From IMG/VR virus record IMGVR_UViG_2600255073_000006: a DNA stretch of 64,000 nucleotides; one strand, 5' to 3'. The first letter of the stretch is position 1. Each line of letters starts with the position of its first letter. The translations under genes and the position numbers were made by a program. The DNA comes from a virus. Below the pieces are notes generated by a model. It was not told the DNA's origin and did not search any database. It saw nothing but the letters and a program-made list of their open reading frames with translations. This document shows positions 55,274 to 64,000 of the stretch, in pieces.

Positions 55274-56981
55274 AACCCAACCCCGCTAGGTTCTTCTTGA
55301 TCTCAGCTTCTAGCGTTGCTGACTCAGCAAATTGCTCACTCAATTTAGTTGTTAGCGTTGCCATCTTCTCACCGAATGGAATGCCATCGTCTAGCTCTTC
55401 AGTAGCGCCAACATAACGTCCCGGAGTTAATACAAAATCGTGCTTGGTGATTTCTTCAAGGGTTGCTGATTTACAGAAGCCTGCTTGGTCTTCATAAACG
55501 ATGCCATTTACTTCTGCTCCAGTTTTCCACGCATGGTAAAGATCAGCGACTTTCTGAATATCATCGCGGGTGAAATCACGCAGTACACGATCTTTCATGT
55601 AGCCAAGGTTACGCGCATCAATAAACAGCACTTCACCTTTGCGATCACGCAGTTTGCGACCCGCTTTATCGGTGCGAGCGGTTTTGTTCTTGGTTAGGAA
55701 CCAGATACATGCTGGGATTTGGGTATTGGTAAACAGCTGACCCGGCAGTGCCACCATGCATTCCACTAAATCGTTTTCAATTAAGGAAGCACGGATTTCA
55801 CCTTCATTATTGGTACTGGAGCTCATCGAACCGTTGGCAAGTAACAAGGCTTGCGAGCCATCCGGTGCAAGGTGATAAAGCATGTGCTGCATCCACGCAA
55901 AGTTCGCATTACCTGAAGGCGGATTGCCGTAGATCCAACGGGGATCGTTATCATCAACACCTGTGTTCCACTCTTTCATGTTGAACGGTGGGTTCGCCAT
56001 GATGAAATCAGCACGAAGATCAGGGTGCTGGTCATTGGTGTAAGTGCTGGCAGGCTCTTTACCGAAGTCGTAATCCAAACCACGGATCGCCATGTTCATC
56101 GCCGCGAGCTGCCATGTGGTGTGGTTGTATTCCTGACCGTAGATAGAGATCTTCTGCTTTTGCGTTAGCGAGTCGAGTTCTTTTTGATTTGCTCTACGCT
56201 CGATAAACTTCTCCGATTGCACAAAGAAACCGCCGCTACCCATTGCAGGGTCATAGACGCGACCTTCAAACGGTTCAATCATTTCAACAATCAGCGATAC
56301 GATGGATGCTGGCGTATAGAACTGACCACCTTTTTTACCCTCAGCCAGTGCAAACTGACCAAGCATGTATTCATATACGTGACCAAGGATGTCTTTACTG
56401 TTTAGGTCTGCATGAACAAACGGAATAGTGGCAATCAAGTTGATTAGCTCATTCAGCTTCGCTTGGTCAATCTTCAAAGCAGAGTAGGATTTGTTCAGTA
56501 CGCCTTTCAGTTTCGGGTTGTCGCGCTCGATACCTTCAAGTGCGTTATCAATTAGGTGACCAACAGAAGTGATTTTCTTGGTGACTTTTTGCTGATTTGG
56601 GCCGTCAATCTCAAGGTCGGCACCACCAATAGCTATAGGTGCATTATCTTGCAAGAACTGCCAGCGAGACTCTGTTGGCAGCCAGAACACGTTCTTCTCG
56701 GTGTAGAAGTCGCGAACCTCTAGTTCATTAGCAATCTCTTCAGCCAGTTCTTCTTAAGAGAAGTCGGCTGGATCTAGGTAGTATTCGTGATCTGGGTTAG
56801 CAAGGTCAGCTTTGATTTCATCCTGACGCAACTTAAACGCATCAGAAACGTATTTAACGAAGATTAGACCTAACACTGCATGCTTGTACTGTGCCGCATC
56901 GAGCGTTGAGCGCAGCTTTTCTGCTGCTGTCCAGAGCTTACTTTCAAGCTCTTTCAGGAATAGTTGTTCTTGTTGGTTCAT
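55263..56981 (-). pseudogene. hsdM: Type I methyltransferase M interrupted by one in-frame TAA (56754-56756)
   Basis: Both fragments share the frame: ...DFS*EELAEE...; GQFYTP, DPAMGSGG and NPPF motifs are intact. Confidence 0.9.
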
Positions 56982-57084
56982 TTGAGTTTACTTAATATGC
57001 AACAATGCACACATAATAGCACTCAGCTTTCGATTTACTTTGATTTATGTCTATTTGATCGTGGTTTTTATGAAGTAAAGAGTA

Positions 57085-57585
57085 CACCAAGGTAGCTTGG
57101 AACAAAGGTAAGCGAGTTGGTCAGAAGAAAGCGTTCAAATTAAAGGTATTTGGCGGATTCGAATTCGCTTAGAGCTTGAAGAGCGCTTATTTAAGTTGGC
57201 GCTGTTCAATCTTGCCATTGATAGCAAGCTAAGGTCTTGTGACCTGCAAAACCACAAAGTGCAAGATATCAGCCGCAGTGGCTGTGTGATGCCGAGAGCC
57301 ATCGTGACACAGCAGAAGACTTCCTTCTCCCCTGCCCACGCCGTGAGACACCCGATTTCATACCATTTCTACACCACGCTAGTGAGCCGCTGGGTGAGCA
57401 ATACCAGCTTAGACAAAACGCAATGCGCATATATTCCACACATCGTACCAAATATTCTTTGATCTACGTTAAGAATAAGCATCTTAGGACTATTTGTTCA
57501 ATTGCACATTATACTAAATTATCAATTACTAATTAAAGCCTTAGTGTCGAGATTGAAGATGCACTAAGGATTTCGGTGAGTTGTG
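57085..57585 (+). pseudogene. Degraded small tyrosine recombinase
   Basis: Fragments AWNKGKRVGQK, IRIRLELE..LALFNLAIDSKLRSCDL, IVTQQKT, HRTKYSLIY and VEIEDAL, with frameshifts. Confidence 0.75.
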
Positions 57586-57775
57586 AGACGTGAGGAACCA
57601 CCATGCAATGCCCCTTAATCAGGGGTCAGTTTTAGTGAACCACGACAACCCCAAATATGGGTTCTTATGTAATGAATCAAAAAATACTGCATTCTTCACT
57701 GTTTCCTTTTAATGCATTCACTATGATTAACCTGTTGATATTAAACACTTTGCGATATTTAGTAATGGGAGTAAA

Positions 57776-59449
57776 ATGAACTTTAATCAAACCACAGTAT
57801 TGGCTTTCTTTGAGCCCTCCAAGGTTAGTTACGAGATCCCTGTATACCAGCGGGCTTATGCTTGGGGAGAGAACAACTGGAATGAATTCTTGTCAGATCT
57901 TTATGAGCAAGTAGATGGGGAAAACAATTATTTTTTCGGGAATATTCTTCTTGAATGCGTTGAAAAGAACAAGTTATACGAAATCATTGACGGCCAGCAA
58001 AGGGTCACTACCATTACTATATTTGTTCGCTCTCTGCTCAATGTATTAAAGACACGAAATGACCTGTCAGAGCATGATTTTGACATTGATGACACTGAAG
58101 AAGCCTTCATCAGAGATAAAAATATTAAACTTCGCCCAGTTGAATATGATCGAAGTTGTTATGACTGCCTAATTGTCGAAAATCACGATCAGTTTGATGC
58201 CTATTCTCCATCACAAAAGAAACTACTTGAAGCGAAAGCATACTTCACTAAACAACTTTCTAAACTTGATACCGCACGTCTTGTAAGCATCCAGGAGAAG
58301 CTTGAAAATACCGACCTTACCATCATCGAATTGGAGGGTAAGAAGGATGCGGCTCTGATGTTTGAACTGGAAAATAATAGAGGCAAAGAATTGACCAATA
58401 TGGAAAAGGTCAAATCGTATTTCATGTATCAGATGTACGTGAATAGCCCTGCTGATGATGTTGATAACAATATCGAATTTGTATCGAACATATTTAAACG
58501 CATTTATCAGGTGATCAACAACATAGAACGTATTAATGAAGATAGTGTGCTGATTTACCACAACAATGCCTATATCAAGGGGTATGCCTACCGTACTCTG
58601 GATGACTTGAAGGAAGCTTTCCGTGACAAAGATGACAAGGTTACCTGGATAAAAGAGTACGTTCGAAGTTTAAACGATTCATTCGTGGCCATAGATAAGT
58701 TACAACATGAAGAGAGTTTGTATGCGAAAAGACTGTTTAAACTTGGGATCCCCGCGTACATTTACCCATTCATTATTAAGGGCTACCGTTATAACCCTTC
58801 AGATCTCCCAACTCTTTTCCGCATTCTTGAAGTGATAACCTTTAGGGCTAAGCTCATCAATAGTCGGGCAAATATCCAAGAGCGTCTCAATGAAATTCTG
58901 CTCTCCTACGATGGCAACAATGCTGTCTTATCAGAAAAAATAACAAGTAAGCTCAACGATATATGGTATTGGAGTGATACAAATACGAAGAACTATCTAC
59001 ATGGCGGGATGTACGGAAATAATGTACTAAGCTACCTGCTTTGGAGCTATGAGAGTTATCTTCAGGGAGCGGGATATTCAGTCGAAGGGTTCAAGATTAC
59101 TAACCAACAAATTGAACATATAGCACCGCGCACACCTACTGATGGGAATCCTATCGAAATAGGATATGAACTCAATGAGCAGGGTGAATATTCCGAAGAC
59201 TTTAGCTCTGAATACCTCAATTGTCTTGGTAACTTGATGCTTATATCAGGGTCGCACAATGCGTCCATCGGAAACAAACCATTTGCTGATAAATTAATGT
59301 CTTACATAAAGAACCCAATTCTCAACCAACAAGCTGAGATTGCTTCTTTTGTTAAAGATAGCGAGGCCCCAATGTGGGATTGTGAAGCAATAAATGAACG
59401 GCATAACAAAATCGTCGACTTTGCGATCACTGAATGGTCATTTAGGTAA
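57776..59449 (+). CDS. DUF262 + DUF1524 (HNH) protein, GmrSD-like
   Basis: IPVYQRAYAW, IIDGQQRVTT, FELENNRG..L, QIEHIAP, LGNLMLI...N.SIGNKPF..K. Confidence 0.85.
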   Translation: MNFNQTTVLAFFEPSKVSYEIPVYQRAYAWGENNWNEFLSDLYEQVDGENNYFFGNILLECVEKNKLYEIIDGQQRVTTITIFVRSLLNVLKTRNDLSEHDFDIDDTEEAFIRDKNIKLRPVEYDRSCYDCLIVENHDQFDAYSPSQKKLLEAKAYFTKQLSKLDTARLVSIQEKLENTDLTIIELEGKKDAALMFELENNRGKELTNMEKVKSYFMYQMYVNSPADDVDNNIEFVSNIFKRIYQVINNIERINEDSVLIYHNNAYIKGYAYRTLDDLKEAFRDKDDKVTWIKEYVRSLNDSFVAIDKLQHEESLYAKRLFKLGIPAYIYPFIIKGYRYNPSDLPTLFRILEVITFRAKLINSRANIQERLNEILLSYDGNNAVLSEKITSKLNDIWYWSDTNTKNYLHGGMYGNNVLSYLLWSYESYLQGAGYSVEGFKITNQQIEHIAPRTPTDGNPIEIGYELNEQGEYSEDFSSEYLNCLGNLMLISGSHNASIGNKPFADKLMSYIKNPILNQQAEIASFVKDSEAPMWDCEAINERHNKIVDFAITEWSFR

Positions 59450-60300
59450 AGGGTAACCAGACACTATCCAGAGTCGATTGAGACTGGATAGTGGCAACAT
59501 GCGGTTCATATATTTAGCAAAGTTATGAAGTAGAACAAGCGAACTGATTTTCAGATATTCACCCTGTGATTTTGTACCTAATGATTTAAAAATATCGATA
59601 GTAGATTAAACCTCACAACCCGCCAAACATTCCCTATGATTCATCACTGAGTAAGACGTTATGGTTATGGCTAAGTCTGAATTCAATTGACGACTTCACA
59701 CACCAAATAAAAGAATGAATTACCTACGGCGCTTTGTTCTCTTCATTGATTACGGGCACACCTAGAGTCGCTAAATGGTTTAATACTTCTCTAGCACCAA
59801 AATACCAATCAGAGAGTGACACTAACTCCCCTTTTACATCGCTGAGTTTGACTCTTTCATCGATGTCAGTATTCTCTTTACCTTCTTTTTGTGGGCAAAT
59901 AATAATACTTTGAGTAGTTGTAACACTCAGCGATTTATTCGTACCTCTTCTACCATTTCAATTGGTCATCATTACTAAAAAGATATAAAGATAACTTGAC
60001 CAATCAAAAGGTCACTTTGACTAACCAAACACTCATAATGAAGGCATAAAGTGCATTAGGTAATGCACTTGGCAATTGCTTCGCCGTGAATGTGCGGAAA
60101 TTAATGCACTATCACGGGCTTTGAATAAAGGAAGAAGCTTGGATGGTTGGCCAAGCCTGCTTTCACACTTTGAATTCAGACTTGACCGTAAGGCATTGTT
60201 CAATGATAAACAATTGTAGAACATGATTTTTTCAACAAAATTCTTTTAAATCCATTAAGCTAACAACAAAAATAAGAATAACAGACTTATTAGGCTAACA

Positions 60301-61401
60301 ATGAAAAAAACAATGTTAATTACCCTTCTCAGCTTTGCGTTTTATGGTTGCGACAGTTCGTTGCAATTAAATGAAGCGAATGATGAGAAAGAGCTGACGT
60401 TACAAGAGCAATACCCCAAACGTACTTACGTAGGTGAACATAATTACTATGTTATGAAGTACAGCGATACCGATAATTTTAAACAAACGGCTGAAGGCTT
60501 GACCTACGTCTCTAGACTCTTTCCTCAGTATCACATTCAAAACGCTGACGAGTGGCCGAGAGAAGACATCGAGGATCCAAGCTCTTATGACTTACCACGC
60601 TTTCAATTTGCCTGGTCGACTGACGATAATCGATACAATTTAAGAATTTGGAGCATGAAAACGGACGGTACCGATTTGCGATTGGTCGTGCCTGAATCGG
60701 ATGTTGATGGCATTGAGCTGATTAGACGCTCACCTAACTTGCGGTATGTTTCATGGGTTGATAGAGCAAGCTCAAAATATGTCTATGACCTAAAAACTCA
60801 ACAACAGACACGTTTACCGGGTGGCGCTCGACCGGGGATGGTTTGGTCTTCAGACAGCCGCTATTTGTACTTTCAGACATCAAAAGTCAGTTCTAATTCA
60901 ACGAGTGCTCGATGGGATTCTGAAACCGGCGAAATTACAGAATCGAATTTTGGTGTTGCTTTTGGCGCTGTTCTCAATGGCGATAACCTAACTTCGGTGG
61001 GTGCTACTGGTCTGTATAAAAGAAATATTAAAACCCTTGAAACAAAGAAGATTAGCATGAAACCAGGTCAAGAAATCATGCGATATGAGAGGTTAAAATT
61101 TCGCTCGGTTAGTCCAGGGGGCCGTTTTGCTTGGGGAACTAATATGGAAGCTGATTACTATTTCGATGTAGAAAAAGAAACTGTCGAAGAAATAAAAGAT
61201 AAAAATTTTAGAAGACCATTGGTTTTTGGTAAGGATGCCAAATTTAGTGCGGGGGCTCGCCTATCTCCTCTTTATGTTGCCGACCGAGAGAAACAGCTAA
61301 ATTGGCGCTGGAGGCCGCTTGGTAACGGCTCTACAGGGTTAAACTCAAATCTGAGCTTATATAATGCGTCAGCAAATAACGGTCTGTGGTTTAAGGATTA
61401 A
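60301..61401 (+). CDS. Lipoprotein with TolB-like beta-propeller repeats
   Basis: Lipobox FYGC; IWSMKTDGTDLRLV, RSPNLRYV and WSSDSRYLYF repeats. Confidence 0.7.
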   Translation: MKKTMLITLLSFAFYGCDSSLQLNEANDEKELTLQEQYPKRTYVGEHNYYVMKYSDTDNFKQTAEGLTYVSRLFPQYHIQNADEWPREDIEDPSSYDLPRFQFAWSTDDNRYNLRIWSMKTDGTDLRLVVPESDVDGIELIRRSPNLRYVSWVDRASSKYVYDLKTQQQTRLPGGARPGMVWSSDSRYLYFQTSKVSSNSTSARWDSETGEITESNFGVAFGAVLNGDNLTSVGATGLYKRNIKTLETKKISMKPGQEIMRYERLKFRSVSPGGRFAWGTNMEADYYFDVEKETVEEIKDKNFRRPLVFGKDAKFSAGARLSPLYVADREKQLNWRWRPLGNGSTGLNSNLSLYNASANNGLWFKD

Positions 61402-61552
61402 GCGTTGCGTAGCCAACGTTAAATCCCAAGTGTTGCACAAGCCCCTCTCTAAGCAAGGTGTTATGGCCAAGCTTCTCAAACCTTGCCACCTGCACAAAAT
61501 GAGGGCTTGGTTAGCAACACTTCTACGTCTTCTCTAAATCCCAATTTGTCCC

Positions 61553-61930
61553 TTAACTTTCTCTACAATGTTTATGACTTGTAAGAATAATGACCGTAAA
61601 AGCTATCAGAGGAATATTTGTTGTTACAGGGTTGAACGCTTCAATTAAAAGTTGAGGTTGCAACGCTGCGACCGCTAAGAGCAAGCCAATCAAAGCGATA
61701 ATATTTAATAGTAGGACTACTCTAACTTTGTAAAAAAAGAAGAATATTACTCCCCACATAACCTCTGCAATCCCTGCCACTTTTATGAATATGTAAGTTA
61801 TTTCCTCTCCAAAACCTACACTTCCTGAAATAAATTGTTCAAGCGGTGCTATCTGTATTAGCTTTGGAGCTAGACCATGATATAACCACGCAGAGGTAAT
61901 TATGAACCTAGCGATTTGCACAGTAGTCAT
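61553..61930 (-). CDS. DoxX-like family membrane protein
   Basis: WLYHGLAPKL and AGIAEVMWG motifs; GGAG RBS. Confidence 0.7.
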   Translation of the reverse strand: MTTVQIARFIITSAWLYHGLAPKLIQIAPLEQFISGSVGFGEEITYIFIKVAGIAEVMWGVIFFFFYKVRVVLLLNIIALIGLLLAVAALQPQLLIEAFNPVTTNIPLIAFTVIILTSHKHCRES

Positions 61931-61975
61931 ATGTTCTCCTTCAATTTGAGGTTTTTGCACCAAGCCACTTTGTCG

Positions 61976-62362
61976 TTAAGGATTACCATCAGCTTTTTTC
62001 TTTAGTTTTCTATCACGCCTGTTTTTTCTCCATTTTCTTCTTGACGCTTGATAATTATCTTTACAATACGCCTTAATGATATAAATAAAAGAACATCCCA
62101 GAAAGCAGAAAGCAAGGAAACCCAAAAATACACTTATGCATAATTCCTGAAACTTAAGGAATTCAGTATTTTCGAGTACCATACTATGCCTTATATTGGA
62201 GATCGTTATTGTTTCCTGACTACGACGCATCCAGTATCCGACAGATGCAAAGCCCAAAAATATCCCACCGCCCAGGTTAAATATTATTCTACTAGTACGA
62301 TAAATAAAAAAATGAAATTTTTTTCGTGAGCGATAAATTTTTCTTTGAGTACTGAATTTCAT
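61976..62362 (-). CDS. Hypothetical membrane protein
   Basis: Two TM segments, basic termini. Confidence 0.55.
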   Translation of the reverse strand: MKFSTQRKIYRSRKKFHFFIYRTSRIIFNLGGGIFLGFASVGYWMRRSQETITISNIRHSMVLENTEFLKFQELCISVFLGFLAFCFLGCSFIYIIKAYCKDNYQASRRKWRKNRRDRKLKKKADGNP

Positions 62363-62628
62363 TAAATGATGAGCTAAATAGCTGAATTAAATTGACTATA
62401 GAGAAAATAACACTTTTTCAGGTTTGAGAGCAACTAAATCATTCGTTTAAATGATATTAAAACTTTATACTTTCATTTCATATCAATCACTTATAATGTT
62501 AATATTTCAATAATTATATAGATTTAAATATCTTTATTTATCTTGAAATAAAATATGTCAATAACAAACATATCACCTGGAAAGAATGGGCTTGTTGCAC
62601 CAAGGCCGTAAAGATGGATTAATAGACA

Positions 62629-63228
62629 ATGCAACAAAAAACTGAAGAGTATTTAACCTCCATGGGTTGGAGTAGTGAACGTATGGTTGAATTGCCTGAA
62701 GAATATTCAGCCTATTCAATCAGTGATAATGCCAAAAGCATATTAAGGAATATATATGGACTCACTCTAATTAGTAAGACTGGTCAGAAGAGGCTTTTAC
62801 GTCTAACGAGTAGGAATTTTGATTGCTCAAAAAGAGATATTCAGGAAATGATTGAGGATTATAAACTCCCTTTAGATTTATACCCAATTGGCTCGCTATC
62901 TGAATTAGGAGGTTACCTATATTTAGATAAAAATGGGGACTTTTATTACTTAGAGGGACAACTAATATTTTTGGGTTCAAATTTAGATGAGTTTATTGAA
63001 ACGATGGTTTTCAATGAGAGGGATATGATCGGGATTGACGAGCCTGATCCTTGCTATTGTTTCAACTATCCAGAGGGCGTTGAAAGCAAATTAATACCCT
63101 CGCAAAGGTTAACTTATTACAATTCGAAAACGCCGGCCCCCTGGTTGTATGACACCGAATTAGGTCTTATTCCGTTGAAAACTGGTTTTTGGCAACGATT
63201 GAAGTCATTTCTAAGAATGACAAAGTGA
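62629..63228 (+). CDS. SUKH-3-like immunity protein
   Basis: L..MGW..ER.V, A..ILRNIYGL, LYPIG, GDFYY...IFLG..LDEFIE. Confidence 0.65.
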   Translation: MQQKTEEYLTSMGWSSERMVELPEEYSAYSISDNAKSILRNIYGLTLISKTGQKRLLRLTSRNFDCSKRDIQEMIEDYKLPLDLYPIGSLSELGGYLYLDKNGDFYYLEGQLIFLGSNLDEFIETMVFNERDMIGIDEPDPCYCFNYPEGVESKLIPSQRLTYYNSKTPAPWLYDTELGLIPLKTGFWQRLKSFLRMTK

Positions 63229-63407
63229 TTAAGGGTTTGTTAAGGAAAGCTGAGATCTTAGAGACACTCAGTGTCGGCTTATTACGACGTAACCGAAAAT
63301 CTATAGAAATAGAAAGGGGCATGACCAAGTTAGCACCCTCTCAGCAAACAGGTCGTTGCTCTTTTTAATTTGAAGTAAAGCGTCATGTCTAGGGCACGTA
63401 TCTTTTC

Positions 63408-63995
63408 TTATAACATTTTCGCCACGGCCTTTTCTTGCTCGTACCTTCCCTGTAACACCAGAGCCGCTGCATTGCGTTTATCGACCAAGTGCTTTACTAA
63501 CTTGCTAAGAACAGGTTCGTATCTCTTAAAGCGTGAAAAGGTGACAGGCAAAGTTTGACAGAAGAAAGCAAAACGAGTTTCTTGGGTCCAGCCTATACGG
63601 CCGCCGTCGCAGCATGGGCAGGTTCTTCTGGCTCGGTTTTTGGCAATGTATTTACCGCTGCCATTACACTCTGGGCAAACTTGGCCAGACTGCTGCGTCG
63701 CTTCTGCAATAGCGGTCGACACGAGCGCGTGAAGTGCCTTTTCTGAGTATGGGCCACGCCATTTATCCATCAGGGTGTTCGCTTCCATTAGCGTTGCTTG
63801 ATACAACTTATTAAGTGCTGTTTTATCTTGAAGGCACTCCACAAATAACACTAAGAATCCGATTGGCGATTCTTTCCATACTGCGCCGACGATGGCTAAC
63901 TGCTCTTCGTGTGAAATGAGCCCTTTCCCACCGCACGATGGGTCGTAGTTCATCCCTTTTACGTTGAATTTGGCCAGTAGTCTTTCAATTTTCAT
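63408..63995 (-). CDS. Second Q-like antiterminator (prophage 2)
   Basis: 176/195 identical to 37731-38318 by manual count. Confidence 0.85.
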   Translation of the reverse strand: MKIERLLAKFNVKGMNYDPSCGGKGLISHEEQLAIVGAVWKESPIGFLVLFVECLQDKTALNKLYQATLMEANTLMDKWRGPYSEKALHALVSTAIAEATQQSGQVCPECNGSGKYIAKNRARRTCPCCDGGRIGWTQETRFAFFCQTLPVTFSRFKRYEPVLSKLVKHLVDKRNAAALVLQGRYEQEKAVAKML

Positions 63996-64000
63996 TATGC

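Larger units (their letters stand above)
44700..64000. mobile_element. Prophage 2: related, structurally deleted (cryptic) tandem prophage carrying defence/immunity cargo; continues beyond the window
   Basis: 46435-47240 is homologous to 1-820. 63408-63995 is a second Q gene (19 substitutions in 195 aa versus 37731-38318, counted by hand). No structural genes lie between them. Confidence 0.7.

Noticed and set aside
59462-59493. Perfect 10-bp stem after the DUF262 gene as an ncRNA
   Set aside because: A single hairpin 13 bp after a stop codon is most simply a terminator or mRNA-stabilising stem.

Overview
The window is almost entirely prophage DNA, probably from a Vibrionaceae chromosome (inferred from protein families). 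Prophage 1 (about 1-44,700) looks complete. It has a lambda-like head/packaging module (terminase, portal, ClpP-capsid fusion), a P2-like contractile tail, a lysis cassette, a lambdoid cI/cro/replication/Q module and xis/int. About 13 kb of AT-rich cargo lies between Q and the late promoter: a 121-aa unknown, a GAPS4-like pair, a UG/Abi-type (DRT-like) reverse transcriptase, DUF2971, a PARIS-like AAA ATPase/DUF4435 pair and a secreted subtilase. After an att-like junction (about 44,500-45,900) comes a related, decayed prophage 2 that has lost its structural genes. It keeps a second Q, decayed copies of prophage 1's distal end, and about 16 kb of cargo: type I R-M with a nonsense codon in hsdM, a GmrSD-like DUF262/DUF1524 protein and several orphan immunity-like genes. 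The main leads are: (1) an apparent RT + GAPS4-like three-gene operon; (2) a lambda-cos-like element far from the terminase genes, identical over 67 bp in both prophages and 46,434 bp apart; (3) two different antisense-RNA-controlled antirepressor cassettes, one P22 sar-like and one P1 C4-like with all four target boxes visible; (4) an orphan immunity gene cluster; (5) attC-like relics in the cargo. All family names come from motif recognition by eye and no searches were run.
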